64,000 bases of DNA from positions 43,712,001-43,776,000 of the forward strand of contig NC_087437.1 in the NCBI RefSeq assembly GCF_036321535.1, read 5' to 3'. This DNA is from Camelus dromedarius (lineage: Eukaryota). Numbering within the stretch: position 1 is the stretch's first letter; every line of letters starts with the position of its first letter. Below, piece after piece: positions 38,481 to 51,965 of the stretch. The notes beneath the pieces are model-generated. The model did no database searches. It saw nothing but the letters and a program-made list of their open reading frames with translations, and was not told the DNA's origin. The translations under genes were made by a program, and so were the position numbers.

Positions 38481-41369
38481 TATGATTCAGCACTGGGTGT
38501 AGATGATGGATACAGGGTATGTATAATTAGTTTTTAAGCTACATTATGTTTGTGCATTGTATAATATATCTCACAGTTAAAAAAAAAATAATGGGAAAAT
38601 AAAAGAAGTTGCATAGAGCCACTATAATCACCTGAAAGGCAAAAGTTTGTTTAAAAACAAACAATGGGTAGGAAAAGGGAACGTGATGGGCAGTCCTCCA
38701 TGAGGAAAGGAGAGAGGCACAGTCTGGGTCTGCTATCTATCACTTTCCAAATGGTGACCCTGCTTTTGAAACGAATCTTTTGCCTTGTTTCCTATTCTTT
38801 GTTCCCAACGAATGAGCGAGAGAAAGTCCCTATTGGCCAGAATCATGCACAAACACTGACCCTCCAACTCAACATACAGAAAAGAGATCAGTAAAAACAT
38901 GAAGCACAAAGTAAAAGGAAGAATTTCCTCTCAAAATAAGTTTATAAAACTGTCCAAAATTACTTTGAGCAAGTATTACGTATCACATATTAATGACCTT
39001 ACCCATCCTTTCATTTTCTTTCAATAGTCTTTATTCCAGACCTCTTAGGGGACAGACAGAGTTCTGACTTCACCCTTCTGTCATAATTTAAATCATAAAT
39101 TAGTATAAATAATGAATATCCAGACATTATTTTTCTCATACTTTGCATGTATCTATTTGACAAAGTGGGAAGTTTTTATGGGCGCTAAGTGTTCTAGTGA
39201 AAATTATGTAAACAGTGGCAACTTGAAATTTTCCATATAAAAAGGGCTCAGGAGCAGTAATCTGGCTGGAATCAGAGGCTTGGAGACTTATCAGAAAGCT
39301 GTGTTGGCCATGCCTGCTGTTTTACTGGATGCATGTTCACGTTGGGGAAAGCTTCAGGAGAAAATCATGAAGGGGCTAAATCTTCTCAAGCCATGCATGT
39401 GTGCTGACACTAAGCATCTGGGTTATTGGGATTTTGGTTTCTGTTTTTCACTTTTTGAACACATCAAAAACAACAAAACAACAGATTTAGAATTAAAATA
39501 TTGGAAAATAAATCTGTGTGTTCATCATTCTTGCAATTTCTGAATGGAAAAAAATTAAAAATATATAAAACAACAAGAGTGGGAATCAGTGCAAAAGTTT
39601 CCTTCATACTACATTTAAAGGCTGAGAAAAATTACTAAAAGAGCCCTGCCTCTACCTCCCTCTACATTCAAGCTTTATGTATAAATGATTGGGAGTATCT
39701 CTCATTTCCTATCACTTGACTTGAGTGAAGGACGCGATTCCATGTATTGCACGAAGAAATATGAAATTGTGAGATTCAAAGCCCTCCGTTTCACTGAAGG
39801 TACAATAGAACGGATGGGACCTCTCACCTGTCTTAGCTTTTATTTGAACAGAATTTGACGTGTGTGCCATCAGAAAAACCACATATTTCCTCCAAACAGT
39901 GGTTTTTATCCCCTAAACTCTTTTTAGTTATAGGATGGTATAATGTGACAGTAAGCATCTCTAAGTACCAGTTGAACCAAATTACACTCTTGAGCCTGTG
40001 CGTGCTCTGCCCGTTGATGGCAATGCTCCTGTTCTGTTGTCCGTTCTCATCAGTGGTCTTGCTAAAGTGTGCAGTGAGTAATGATTGCAGGGTGGTATTT
40101 CATGAAAATGCTACCCATGGCTCAGAGACAAATGTGACCCCTACTATTCTTCTACTATTAAAGAATAATTACCCATTCTCCATGCAATTGTAATTGCAGG
40201 TGGCAGAGACCTCAAGCTGCCAATATATGTCAAGAAGTTGAATTTCTCAACATACAAAGTACTAATATTGATGTAAGAATGCATAGGAAGCAAAAAGTCT
40301 GGCTCTGGGGAAAACTAAATATAAATAACCTTGCTTCCACTAATTTGGGTGAGAGTTGCAACACCTTTTTAAGCTAGCTTTTATACAGGAGATGAAATGA
40401 AGATGCCAAAGATTAATGCTGTCAGTTTCAATGGCCAGCATATATCCAAAAGGCAAACATATAAATCTAAAGCAAATAGAAGTGCATTGCTTAATTTCTG
40501 CTTATCATTCATTACACAATTGCCAGGAAGTTAGCCATTACATTTCGCAAATCCATCACATCTTAAATTCATCTTGGAAAAGTTCCTCCTTCCATTATTG
40601 TATTGGGCTTTTATGGACCTTTGATGGCTCTCACAGTAATCAGCACTGGAGGATCTACAAGATTAACATAGGCTAAAGTTCTGAGAGGGAGAAGATGAAT
40701 ATATTCTGCATTGTTCTCTAATTTTTTTTTTCAATGCCTCTTAGCTAAGAGCATGAGCTCTTATTAATGTGAGCTAGGATACTTTACTTACAATGACCAT
40801 AGTTCTAGCAAGGAAAAAATAAGTTTAGGATTTCCAACCACCTGTGCTCAATGTAGACAAAGTAGTAAACAACTTGTAATTTTTCACAATGCCCAAAGAC
40901 TAATTTTCTTAGCATTGGAAAAATGCTTTAATATCCTTTTGAAAAGTAAATCCATTTTGTAATGAATGTACTTTCTGGTATTTATATGCTTCACATATAC
41001 TTTCACATGTCTTACTTAACATTCTAGTCAATTCATTAGTTATTCAAGTAATGCCTCCCCCCTACCTCCACCCCCCAGTACTAGGCTAAACAATAGGGCT
41101 AAAGAAGAGAAAATAGAAACATTTCTTGCCCTTAAGAAATGTGTATTTTAATAGGCCAGATAAACATAAACTAATATAGACCCCAAAAACCATACATGTA
41201 ATAATAGAAGCAGATATAAGGAAGAGAAGAGATACAATGGAGCAAATGGCCAATTTGAAAAAGGGGGAAGAAGAAGGTACCACATGAACATGGTCCAAAG
41301 GCTTCACAGTGGAGATGACTGTCGAGCCATCTTGAAAGATAACAGGTACTTGCTATGTACATATGGTGA

Positions 41370-41892
41370 TCTGAATTCATGTCTACACATCCTTTGACCC
41401 TCCTTTCACCAAGAAGTGGAGTCTAATTCCTCTCCTCTTGAACATGGGTTGTCCTCAATGACCCATTTCTAACAAACTGGATGCAACAAAGGTAACACTG
41501 TATGACTTTCAAGGTTAGTCATAAAAGATGATCTAGCTTCCACCCGACTCTCTTGCTCTATTGAGGCACGTATGTTTGAAGGCCCAAGAAACCATGTAAG
41601 AAGTCTGACTCTCTTGAAGATGCCATGCTGGAGAGACCATTTCAAATGACCACATAGAAAGAAATGCCTAAGGAAGAAGCCAACTGTTCCAGATCCCAGT
41701 TGCTTGAGTCCTTCAAGCCCAAGAACAAGACATGTGAGTTAGCAAGTCTGGACAATTCCAGATCCAGCCACCATCTGACTGCATCCACGAGAGAGACCTC
41801 ACTGAGCAAGAACCACCTAGCTGAGCATCGCTGGCTCCCAGGACCACCACGAGGTGTTGGCAGGATTAATACGTAGCAGGAGATAACTAGAA
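41370..41892 (+). mobile_element. MLT1F/G/H-like MaLR LTR, nested in L2 at about 41030-42120
   Basis: 'aagaagtggagtctaattcctctcctcttgaa...ccatgtaagaagtctgact...gcaagaaccacctagctgag...agataactagaat'. Confidence 0.8.
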
Positions 41893-42196
41893 TGGTAGAC
41901 ACTGGGAGCTGCATTTGAAAAAGTGTGGAGGCTTAAAGCATCCTGGTGTTTTCAAGTGAGAACAAGTAACTGAGTATGGCCAAAGGACAGAGTACGAGTC
42001 GGGGCAAGGCAAGAGACAAGACTGAAGAGATCAGCAGATGCCAAGCCATAGAGATCCTAGCAATTCATGCCACGGGGTTCGATTTTTATTTTGGGACCAA
42101 TGGATATTCATCCATATTTTGAAACACATCTATTTATAAAGATTAGTCTATTATTTGTGAAAATGTTATCAGAATATTCTTAATAATTGTGAACAT

Positions 42197-42220
42197 ACAC
42201 ACACACACACACACACACAC
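42197..42220. repeat. (AC)12 microsatellite
   Basis: Read directly. Confidence 0.95.
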
Positions 42221-43406
42221 TACATCGTCAATATTGTTTAAGAAATAGCACGCTTGGTAACTATACTTGTTTTGTTGGTATGCGTTCTCTTTAGCCTCTG
42301 GAAACCCTGAAGAACTAACTGCTTAGATTAGCATTTCACTCTACTAAAATCGAAGCAACCCATCCTGGATAATGGCTTGTCCAGACGTATTATCAGTCAG
42401 GGGTTATTTTCTGGTCAGCAGCTTCGATGGCTCTGGCTTTATTTAGAAGGATTTCAGTGCTTCACTGAAATGGTCCATCTGAGCACTCTGTGCATGGTTA
42501 ACCTTTTGTGGCTATAAAGATTACTCGGAGTCTTTAATTATAAGAACCTTGAGTGGAAGAGAGGTTAACATATTTGCCAAGCTCACACAGCTGTGTAGTA
42601 CTAAAGCCAAAAGTAAGACCTACACTTTTTTTCAATTAGTGGTTCTTTGCAGAACACTTTTAACTGGCCAACCAGTGGCCATGTTGGAAAGAAAACAGAA
42701 TAAAGTGGTAAAGTCTTTAATACTGGATTGCAACTATTTCCACAGAAATATTGCTGGGTTTGGCAAATACTGACATTTTGACACTCTCTAGTTGTAATTC
42801 AATATTATATTTGTAGCAGAAAATATGTATCTCATGTTCATAACAGACAACAGAAGTAGGAAAGTGTTTCACAATGTAAGGTCTGCTCACTTCATATATT
42901 ATATGTATGTTTATGGTCATATTGGACCTCGAGATTAAAAGGGGGGCATTTGAAAAATAGAAGTAGATCTGACCTTTTTCTTTTTTAATCATTGAAAATT
43001 ATTTATTAAAATATAAAGCAAACGAAAGTGAAAAATATCCTGATTTTTTTAAACTTTTTGGTGAGAGTAGGGTGAGGATAGCAGAGTTAGGCACAGATAG
43101 AGACAGCCCAGAGGGAAAGACAAGTCTATTGCCCCTACAGCTTTCCTGGGCCAGCCATGTTCAAAGCCTCTCAAATTTTGGGAAACAGCATGTTGTAGTG
43201 AAAAGACTATTAAATCTAAAAACAATGTAACAGGGTATGAAATGGTTCTTGTCCTATTGCCTCTAAATTTCAGCCAAAGCCCCCAGACAGAGAAAAATGG
43301 ATGTTAAGTACTTCCTTCAGTCTAAAGAAAGGTGCTAGACCCAACCACGTGGGACTAACTTAAGGCAGCAAAATCAGAGCAGAAATGGACATGTTCTTCC
43401 TAGCAA

Positions 43407-44453
43407 TGTAAAAGGACACTAGTTCACCAGAGATGTTAATCAAAGTAAAGAGCTACCAGTCTTGCTGAAGTATGAACCCCCACACTGAGATAAGTGAGAA
43501 GAAATAGGAGAATTGGCATAAATATTAAGCGTTGTTTAAAAGGAGACACTGGGGCTCTCATTCCTCAGCTGGCTATTTGGAGAACCTGACATATATTCCC
43601 AGGACCTAGACAAACTTGGGGACCGGTCGTGGCCTCTTCCCCAGAAAGCGCTAAACGTGGGAGGATGGTCAAACTGATTTGCATGGCAAGGCAAAGGTAA
43701 AGCGGGCTGCAGTGGGAAGCAGACTGCACTTACATTGTTTTGTGAAGCGAGATGTTTTGAGCTTTCTCATGCCAAATGGATTCCTTGGAAGGTAGTTCTC
43801 AAAACATATTGATGGAACCCAGCCAAAAGGGCATCCCATAGGAAGAAGCTGGAAATGTGCCTCACTGGAAGGGAAGTGAAGTTTCGAGAAGTCAGCCAGA
43901 ACGTGAATCCCCTGATCCCCTGAATCCCCAGTATCAGCCAGTATTTGGAAGTTTATCATCAAAGAGGACTCTGAGAGATGAAGTACTAGAGACTCCTAGC
44001 AGTGAGACATTGCTTTTTCCTCCTACCCCAGACCCCTCCATCCCCACCCAGGCTACCCTCACCCCCAACACACAGATAAACTGGAGCAGCCAAGTTCCCA
44101 ATAAATGGAGAGAAAGTGAAAAGCCTACAGCAGATTTATCACTGCCGATCTCCAATCTCCTAGACATTTTGCCTTAATATCTTAACTGATCTGCCAGCTC
44201 AGGCCTTAACTAAGGCAGGGGGAGAGCTTTATGTTAGACAGATGTTTGAAGATTTATTTTAGGAAGGATTAGACTTGGTAATACCTGACAACCAAAAGTA
44301 TCCTTAAGGCACAAGTGACTTGAAAGTTGTGCAATCTCCTGATCAAGTGTTGAGGAGGCTCAAAGGACCTTTTTTGAATGAAAACATGGATTTAAAAAAA
44401 GCTGTGTCCTGATTACAGCTTATCAGAATATCACTCATGCAATAAGTGGTTAT
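43407..44453 (+). mobile_element. Ancient LTR of about 1 kb, possibly Gypsy-type (LTR85/MamGypLTR-like)
   Basis: Starts 'tgtaaaagga'; ends 'aaagctgtgtcctgattaca...caataagtggttata', resembling recalled mammalian Gypsy LTR 3' ends; family assignment tentative. Confidence 0.4.
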
Positions 44454-44489
44454 ATGCAGAGAAGTCTGAATGTCACTACTGTCACTTCA

Positions 44490-44610
44490 GATTTGTTTGA
44501 ACCCAGCTTCATTTCTAAAAATGGGGTAATAAGATCTGTGTCATAGGTTGCTGGGAGAAATAACGGACGTGCTGCGCCTGTAATGTGCAGCACACAACTT
44601 ACAACAACGT
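44490..44610 (+). mobile_element. MIR fragment
   Basis: 'ttcatttctaaaatggggtaataa...tcataggttgctgggagaa'. Confidence 0.6.
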
Positions 44611-45147
44611 TCTGTTTCCTCTGCGTTCGTCTCTTAGTTGCCATATTTTTTTAAAGAAGAGTTAAGGCAGCCTATAATTAGGTGCCTAATTAGAAGTTAA
44701 AAATCAAAATAATAAAAAGGAGTGAGTGACATATAAGCCAACAACATATTAAGAACCAGGTTCATTAACATGATTAAGCATCATCAAATTTGAATTTATT
44801 AGAGACGAGAACAAAAGAGTTACAAAATTCTCACTATCTGATTAAAGGAAACTTGCCAGTTCTTCAAGGGAGACACTCTCCTTTGGGGTGCTAAACTCTC
44901 TAAAAATAATTTTATTAAATAACACATCCTGGAGACTTTCTTTTTATGTATGCTCTCTAGAAATTCCAAAATGTATAATCCAATTATATTGTAAATATTA
45001 TTTTTGGTCTATAATTTGAAATTTGGAAAGATGTTATATGCCAGTCCATAAAAATTATTTAAGTCACAATATAGCTAATTTTTATGGTACTGTTGGCACT
45101 CCCTGAGTTCTATTTCCTGGTAGAGCAGAGATCTTGAATATAGCCTC

Positions 45148-45181
45148 TGTGTGTGTGTGTGTGCGTGTGTGTGTGTGTGTG
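45148..45181. repeat. Interrupted (TG)n microsatellite
   Basis: Read directly; one CG interruption. Confidence 0.95.
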
Positions 45182-46470
45182 CAATCATATATACCGGCAC
45201 TCACACAGAAAACAAAGGATACTTAAAAAAAATAAAACCGAAAGGACTATTTTCTTTTAATTCATTAAATCTATCTTCAGTAATCTTTCTGTCCTACAAT
45301 GTTGCCTACCAGATCCGGTTCACAACAACCAAAGCAGTATATGTTTTCAAACTATGTGCTTTCTTTCCTCCAAAGATTCATATGGCAAAAGGCCAGCTGT
45401 TAGGAGGAAAATAACCTGATTAAATTAATTCATACTACATGTAAATACCTAAAAGCCATCGCTCATTCCAAGAAATGTTTGCAATTTTATTAGAGTATTC
45501 TTATTTGAGCCTAAATATTCTAATTATAAGAATTTCAGGGAGCAACGTGAGATAAAAAATAAAAAACAATACCTAGACTCGATAAACACAGCCTGTCCTT
45601 TGAAGCTCCAAGTCTCTGCACAGCCCCGACTCACCGACTCCCTGTGCCAGAAGCACGGAGCTACAAGGATAGCAGTCAGTTTATGCACATGCTGTGTGTG
45701 ACGTGGGCCTTTCTCCTTCACAGACTGACTTCGTTTATTACAAAATCTCATTCAGTATATACTTCTCATCTATATTGTATTTTTAATTAAGTTTTATCAT
45801 TTACAGTATTTGTGAATGTTCCTAAATTGCTAACAATCAAGATAAATGAGAAAAGAAAGTCTGCATAAGAATAATCTCACTGCAAAAATCGACTTGATTT
45901 GTCAAATGAGAATGCACTAGGAGTTATCTGGAACCAAGCAGCCTCTTAAAGTGGAGAAGCCCACAAAGCAAAGATACTACATTCTTCAAAGAAAGTGTGT
46001 GTCCCTGTTTGTCCCAAGATGTTCGATGTTTTGGAAATTATAATCAGTCTGTTCATAAATGTGTGATGAATGATTTCTGAGCATCTCAGCTCTAAATTTA
46101 GAGAATTTTGAAAGGAGCGAATTGTCCCTGCAGCTAACAATGCTGAACAGGCCCCAGGGGGCAGAACAGTAGAAGGAGCAGTGAGACATTTATCTGCCAC
46201 CCTTGACAATTTACCATTTTCCCTGTGAATTAGGCATTTTGTTTAATAAATGTTGATGTTGACTTGGTTGGGGTAAACTATAGTTAAAGTGATTTTTAAA
46301 CAGAAAGAACTTCCTTAAATTTCTCTGATTCCTCCTCATTTTTTAGAAGCTGCCTGGTGTAATGGCCCACAAGACAGAAGTCTGTATTCTACTACTATGT
46401 TTATTAATAAACCCTTGATATGACTTTTATTTAAACAACGAAGTTCTCTTTTCCCATTATTTCTCTCTTT

Positions 46471-47268
46471 TAAAAAAAAATTAAAGTATGGTTAATTTAC
46501 AATTTTTATGTTAGTTTCAGGTGTACAGCAAAGTCATACAGATATCTATATCTATATCTATATATCTATTTGTATCTCTATATAGTTCAGATTCTTTTTG
46601 ATTATAGGTTATTACAAGATGTTGAATATAGGTCCCTGTGTCATACAGTAGGTCCTTGTTGTTTGTTTTTTATGTATAGCAGAGTGAATCTGCTAATCCC
46701 ATGCTTCTAATTTATCCCTCCCCCACTTCCCCTTTGGTAACCATAAGTTTATTTTCTATGTCTGTGAGTGTTTTGTATATAAAATCATTTATATCATTTT
46801 TTTCAGATTCCACAAATAAGTGATATATGATATTTGTCTTTCTCTGTCTGACTCACTTCACTTAGTATGATAATCTATAGGTCCATTCAAGTTGCTGCAA
46901 ATGGCACTATTTCATTCTTTTTATGACTAAGAAATATTCCACTGTGTGTGTGTGTGTACTACATCTTCTTTATCCAGTCATCTGTCAATGGACATTTAAG
47001 TTGCTTCCATGTCTTGGTTCTTGTACATAGTTCTGCTATGAACATTGGGGTGCATGTATCTTTTTTAATTAGTTTTCATCTTTTCCAGATATATGCCCAG
47101 GAATGGAATTGCTGGATCATATGGTAACTCTATTTTTAGTTTTTTAAGGAATCTCCATAGTGTTCTACATAGTGGCTGCATCAGTTTACATTCCCACCAA
47201 TAGTGTAAAAGTGTTCCTTTTCTCCATGCCCTCTTGAGCATATACTATTTGTAGACTTTTTGTTGACA
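46471..47268 (-). mobile_element. Cetartiodactyl-type L1 3' end (ORF2 C-terminus plus 3' UTR), 5'-truncated
   Basis: 'ttagtttcaggtgtacagca...ctttggtaaccataagttt...gctggatcatatggtaactctatttttag...tttacattcccaccaa'. Confidence 0.95.
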
Positions 47269-47989
47269 GTCTTATTTTTTAAACCTGAAGAGTTACACTG
47301 TGCTCTGTTTGGAACCTGTCACATAACCCTGGCTGTCTCCTCAAGCAGCACTGCATGTCCCACAGGCTACTGCTACCCTACAGAAGCCACTTCTGACTCA
47401 GGCAGTTTTTTTTTCAGGCTTTGCTTTCAACATTGATGCTTATGCTCCCCAATGAATAAGCAATGAAGTCCTAGACTTTTCGCCTTAATATCTTAACTCA
47501 TCTGCCTACTCGTCTTATTTTACTGCTTTGAGATGTAGTAACTACATACTTTATGGGTGATTCAGAAATCCGGATGTTTGTCGTTGTTTTCTAGCTCTTC
47601 TCCCTGTCCCACAAGCTTCATATCTTGTAATCACAGCAAGAAAATTCCATAGCATGACATTTTCTGTCATTTATTGTGAGCTGCTGGAAGCTATAAGCCA
47701 AGAGAAGGAGAGAGAGCATCTCTAAGCTCTAAAATACAATGATGACTTTTTGGTCTTAATGTAGGTAATTCCATTATCATCTACATTCTCTGAATTCAGT
47801 GCCTTGGGTTAATTTTCTTTTATTAATAGAAGAGCCTGTAAATCTACTTTGTGATCAAATGTATTGAGTGTTCTTTCATAATCTGTCTAAAATTATCCTT
47901 CCACTTTTATTACCCAGAATGTCCACTTTTTCTCCTTAAAGTAGTCGAACTTTCCCATGTCTGACCCATTTAGATTTTGTGTTCATTAG

Positions 47990-48560
47990 CACGTTAATGG
48001 GAACTGCAGCCCAGGTAATGGGTAAGATCACTCAGCATGAGCACAGATTGAGAAGAAGGCTAGGGAGAGCAGGCCAGTACTTTACGGCCAGGCAATGGCG
48101 GAAACATCAAAGAAAGGGGTTCAAAAATAGCACTACAGTAAAAAAAAAAAAAAGTAAGGAAAAAAATAGAGTGTTATCCAGGAAGCCAAGAGACAGAAGA
48201 CACTTCAAATAGGAAGTAGGGTTGGGGTGCATATAGGGAACAGAGTTCATGTCAAGACAATTTAAAGAGACCTGACAATACAAAGATAATTAACAATGAA
48301 TCAAATACAATTGCAAAAGACAGTTTGTAAAGGATTGAAACACAAATGGTAGATAGGTAAAGTTTCACCATGTTTACAGGTGAATGAAAGAAGAGTGATA
48401 ATACAACAAACAGAAGGAGAATAATCAAAAGAAGTTGTTTTCTGACTTGAGACTATTTAAGAACGTCTGTAGAAGCAATTAGCAGAGAAGAGACAGAAGA
48501 TATAAGAAAGAGAATAAGGAAGGCAGACTTGCTAAAAGTCAGAGAGAATAAAATATGGAA
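47990..48560 (-). mobile_element. L2 fragment
   Basis: 'agagtgttatccaggaagccaagaga...cttcaaatagg'. Confidence 0.45.
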
Positions 48561-50599
48561 TCAGATAATAATTTAAACCCCCTTAATAATGGAAACTCTA
48601 TTTTTCCCTAATGATTTTAACATTTTTTTAAAAAAAATCATTTATTTTTCCTAATTGAATTTTCAAAGGTATGCAGCAATTGTTTTCCTTCCAGCCTACG
48701 TACTCATTGACCCCTTTTACGTTTGAAGTTCTGTTCTGCTTAGTCTATACCAAGAGCCAGCCTGTTTCCATTCAAGTATATCAGTGTATCCTAATGTTTA
48801 GTATTTCCCATCAATAAAAACTTTAAACAGCCCTGATTTAAATATAAATATTTAGGTTTTACATAAGTACTCAGCTGATTAAGCTGATGTTTTTATTCTG
48901 TTCTCTTCAAGTTCCCAGGTAAAAAATAAGAAAAGATGTTCCCAAGTGATAATACACTTTAAAAAGCACAGTTATGTTAGGAGAAATGTATCCCTGTGGA
49001 CACAAAATACATTATAACAGAGGTTTGATGTAGGAAGGACATTTTTTGAAAAATTCACTTCTCAGTTAAAGTATCTGCTCAAGCTTTGAAAGGGGAATTG
49101 CAAAGTCTATCTTAAATTAAGTAATAGCCTACTGACAGACACTAAGAGGGTAACATTCAGTTTGACTGGAGTTTATTTGATACCTGACAAAGTGATTGGC
49201 TCTCAGTCATTAAAACCATAGGCTACTAAATTAGACAATGAAGACTGTATAGGTCTTGTGTCTTTTAATACAAGGAAAGGGAGCCTCAGTCAATTTGCCG
49301 ATCACTTCCTTAAATAGAGTCTTCCATTTTGAATAAAATGTTACAAGTAATAAAAGTGTTGCAAGTTAAGCAGCAGCTCTGTTTACAGAAACAGTACTTG
49401 AATGACTAAAACATAATGTGACTTAAATGTAATATCTGATGGAAACAGTTAAACAGGGTACCATCACAAGCATCTGCCTTTGTAGTCTCATTCCAAAACA
49501 ATTCCAGGTCAGCTTCTGTGGGTTGCCCCATGATGAGTTAAATGATAAGAACCCACACAGCCTAGAGCAGGGAGTCTGCAGCACCTCTTCCCCACTTGGA
49601 ACAAATGAGCCCTCCCAGTTTCAATCCTCATTGGGGGTGAATATAGATTGGTTTTCTATTTAGAACTAATGTTGTGTGAGCCACCCCACCAGAGCGCCTA
49701 GCTCTTCCTCTGGAAGTGAACCCTGTGGGACACAAATTGACCATTTCCAGTGCGATCTCACAGCCTTGCTTTACAACTCCAGTAGATTACAAAGTCAAAC
49801 CAATCTTACTTAGAAAGTTTGTGAATAATACTGCCAGTTGATGAAAACTCCTGCCTTTCAATCTGCAAACAACCTATTCTAAATAGTTCTGGAACCATTC
49901 TGGCTTATAGATAAAGCTGTGCAAGCAACTGGAGATAGACAGAGGTTTATGACCAAAATAGGGTGCAATAGTATAGTAGGAGGGATTAATGTCAATATCT
50001 GGAGTCTTGGTTAAGACCATTCCTTAAATGCATATATGTAAAACTCAGGATTGAAACTGGAAATATGTATTTTTAACAAGCCAATTTCTTAATAATCAGG
50101 ATTATAAAAATAAATAAAATTTGAAGTAATGTTTAAATATTTCAATCTTTACTAGTTTCTGCCACCTATGATTATAAGAATTCAAATAAATAAAAACCTC
50201 CTCTTTCAGAAAGTAAAGGTTTTAGATTTTATGTAAGAACAGATTATATAGTATCTAGAAACATTATCTTGTACATGTGCCATCAGGAGTTAAATGTATT
50301 AATAATTTGTTTATGGTGAAAATCTTATTAAAACTCCTTATTATACTTATTGCAAAGATATTATAAAAATGCAAGAAAGAAATGTTTCTTAAATTTCATT
50401 TTCAAGAGAAGCTGGCCTTCTCCTGAACAAGTAATTTGACTTTTTCTACGTGCTTGTATTTACTTGGAGTCCTGTAACTTACTTTATTCTCTGCTTTGAC
50501 TGCTAAGAAACAGAAGAAATATGCCGACCATGTATAGAAGTGTTAGAGAATAGAATCAAATTTTTGTACTAACATTTCCTGGGCTTTATTTTATTTATT

Positions 50600-51965
50600 C
50601 TTCCACCTCAAATTTTTATCTACTTACTGTTTGAAAATTTGTATCAGTATAGTCTTATGGATATTTACTTTATATTTTGGGTTACAATCCAAAATACTTT
50701 ACATAATTTGGTGCCCCCCTCCCCCATTTTGGCAATTGAGAGCTTATTCAGTTGGTTCTTTTGTCCCATGGACATACCCCTATTATTGTAGATTTTTTTA
50801 TTGTTCTTTTTAAACATTTCCTCACTTTCTGGCACTGGTAGATTCTCCAGGACCATTTGTATATTTCCTTTTTGTTCCTAGAATCAATCATTTCTCCAAG
50901 CAGCCCTGGATCCTTTTATAAAAGAATGGTATTAGAAAGCAGGTTCTGGGCTCTAAGCGTGCCATTGTTTCTAGATCCTCTCACCTGTCAGAATAAGGAC
51001 ATATATGTGTGCACACTAACATATATGTATATAAATGAATAGCTATAAATATTTCTATATGTAATCATCTGTAACTCTTTTAACTAAATGAGAGTTTATA
51101 CTAAAGTCTTTAATCCATTACATGAATCATTCTATTCTAGTCTCCCTTACTTTCTTATCTGTAAATTCTTACCATAACAGTGAGACATTTGACTCCCAAT
51201 ATCCATCACTTATTTATTTAATTGTTCAATTCCAGTATACATGTGTAGAATTTTAGAATAAATAACCCAGCCTCTAATGGGAAATTTTTTTATCAACTAG
51301 AGTACAGTGCTTATATGTAGTTCCTTTTGAAGTTAGTTTTCCAGATTTCACTTATTTCAAAAATTACTGAGGTCAGCACTTTTCTTCCCCACCCCATTCA
51401 TTGAAAAGATTTCATACATATGTAATATGATTAATTCTCTTGTCACGGTATGCAGTCCTTCTTGGAAAACTCTAACCTCCTACATTTTTAAAATTTAAAT
51501 TTATATTCATTAAGTTTCACTTTTTATGCTATAAATTTCTATGGGTTTTGGCAAATGCATAGTGTGGTGTATCCACAATTACAGTCTCATAACAAACACT
51601 TTTACCACCTTGAAAACATTTTCTGTGATTCACTTATCCCACTCCTCCACCACACTCCTGGAAACCACTCATAGTTTACTGTCACTAGAGCTTTGCCTCT
51701 TCCAAAAATGTCCTGTAATTGGAATAATACAGTATGTAGCCTTTTCAGACAGACTGCTTTAATTGGACGATATGTAGTTATGATTGATCCATGTCTTTTT
51801 CTTTGGCTCAATAATTGCTTTCCTTTATTTATTGCTGAGTAATATCCCATTCTATGAATATACCACAAGTTTTCATCCATCCTTCTGTTAAAGGACATCT
51901 TATTATTTTTCCAGATTTTAGTAGTTATGCATAAAGCTATTATAAATATTCATGCACAGGTTTTA
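50600..51965 (-). mobile_element. L1MC/L1MD 3' UTR plus ORF2 end
   Basis: 'atggatatttactttatattttgggttacaatccaa', 'ctagaatcaatcatttctccaag', 'ggaataatacagtatgtagccttttcagac'. Confidence 0.85.

Noticed and set aside
42451..42471. Hairpin atttcagtg-ctt-cactgaaat, and similar 8-9-bp stems at about 32664 and 61887
   Set aside because: The stems are too short for a pre-miRNA and such stems are common by chance.
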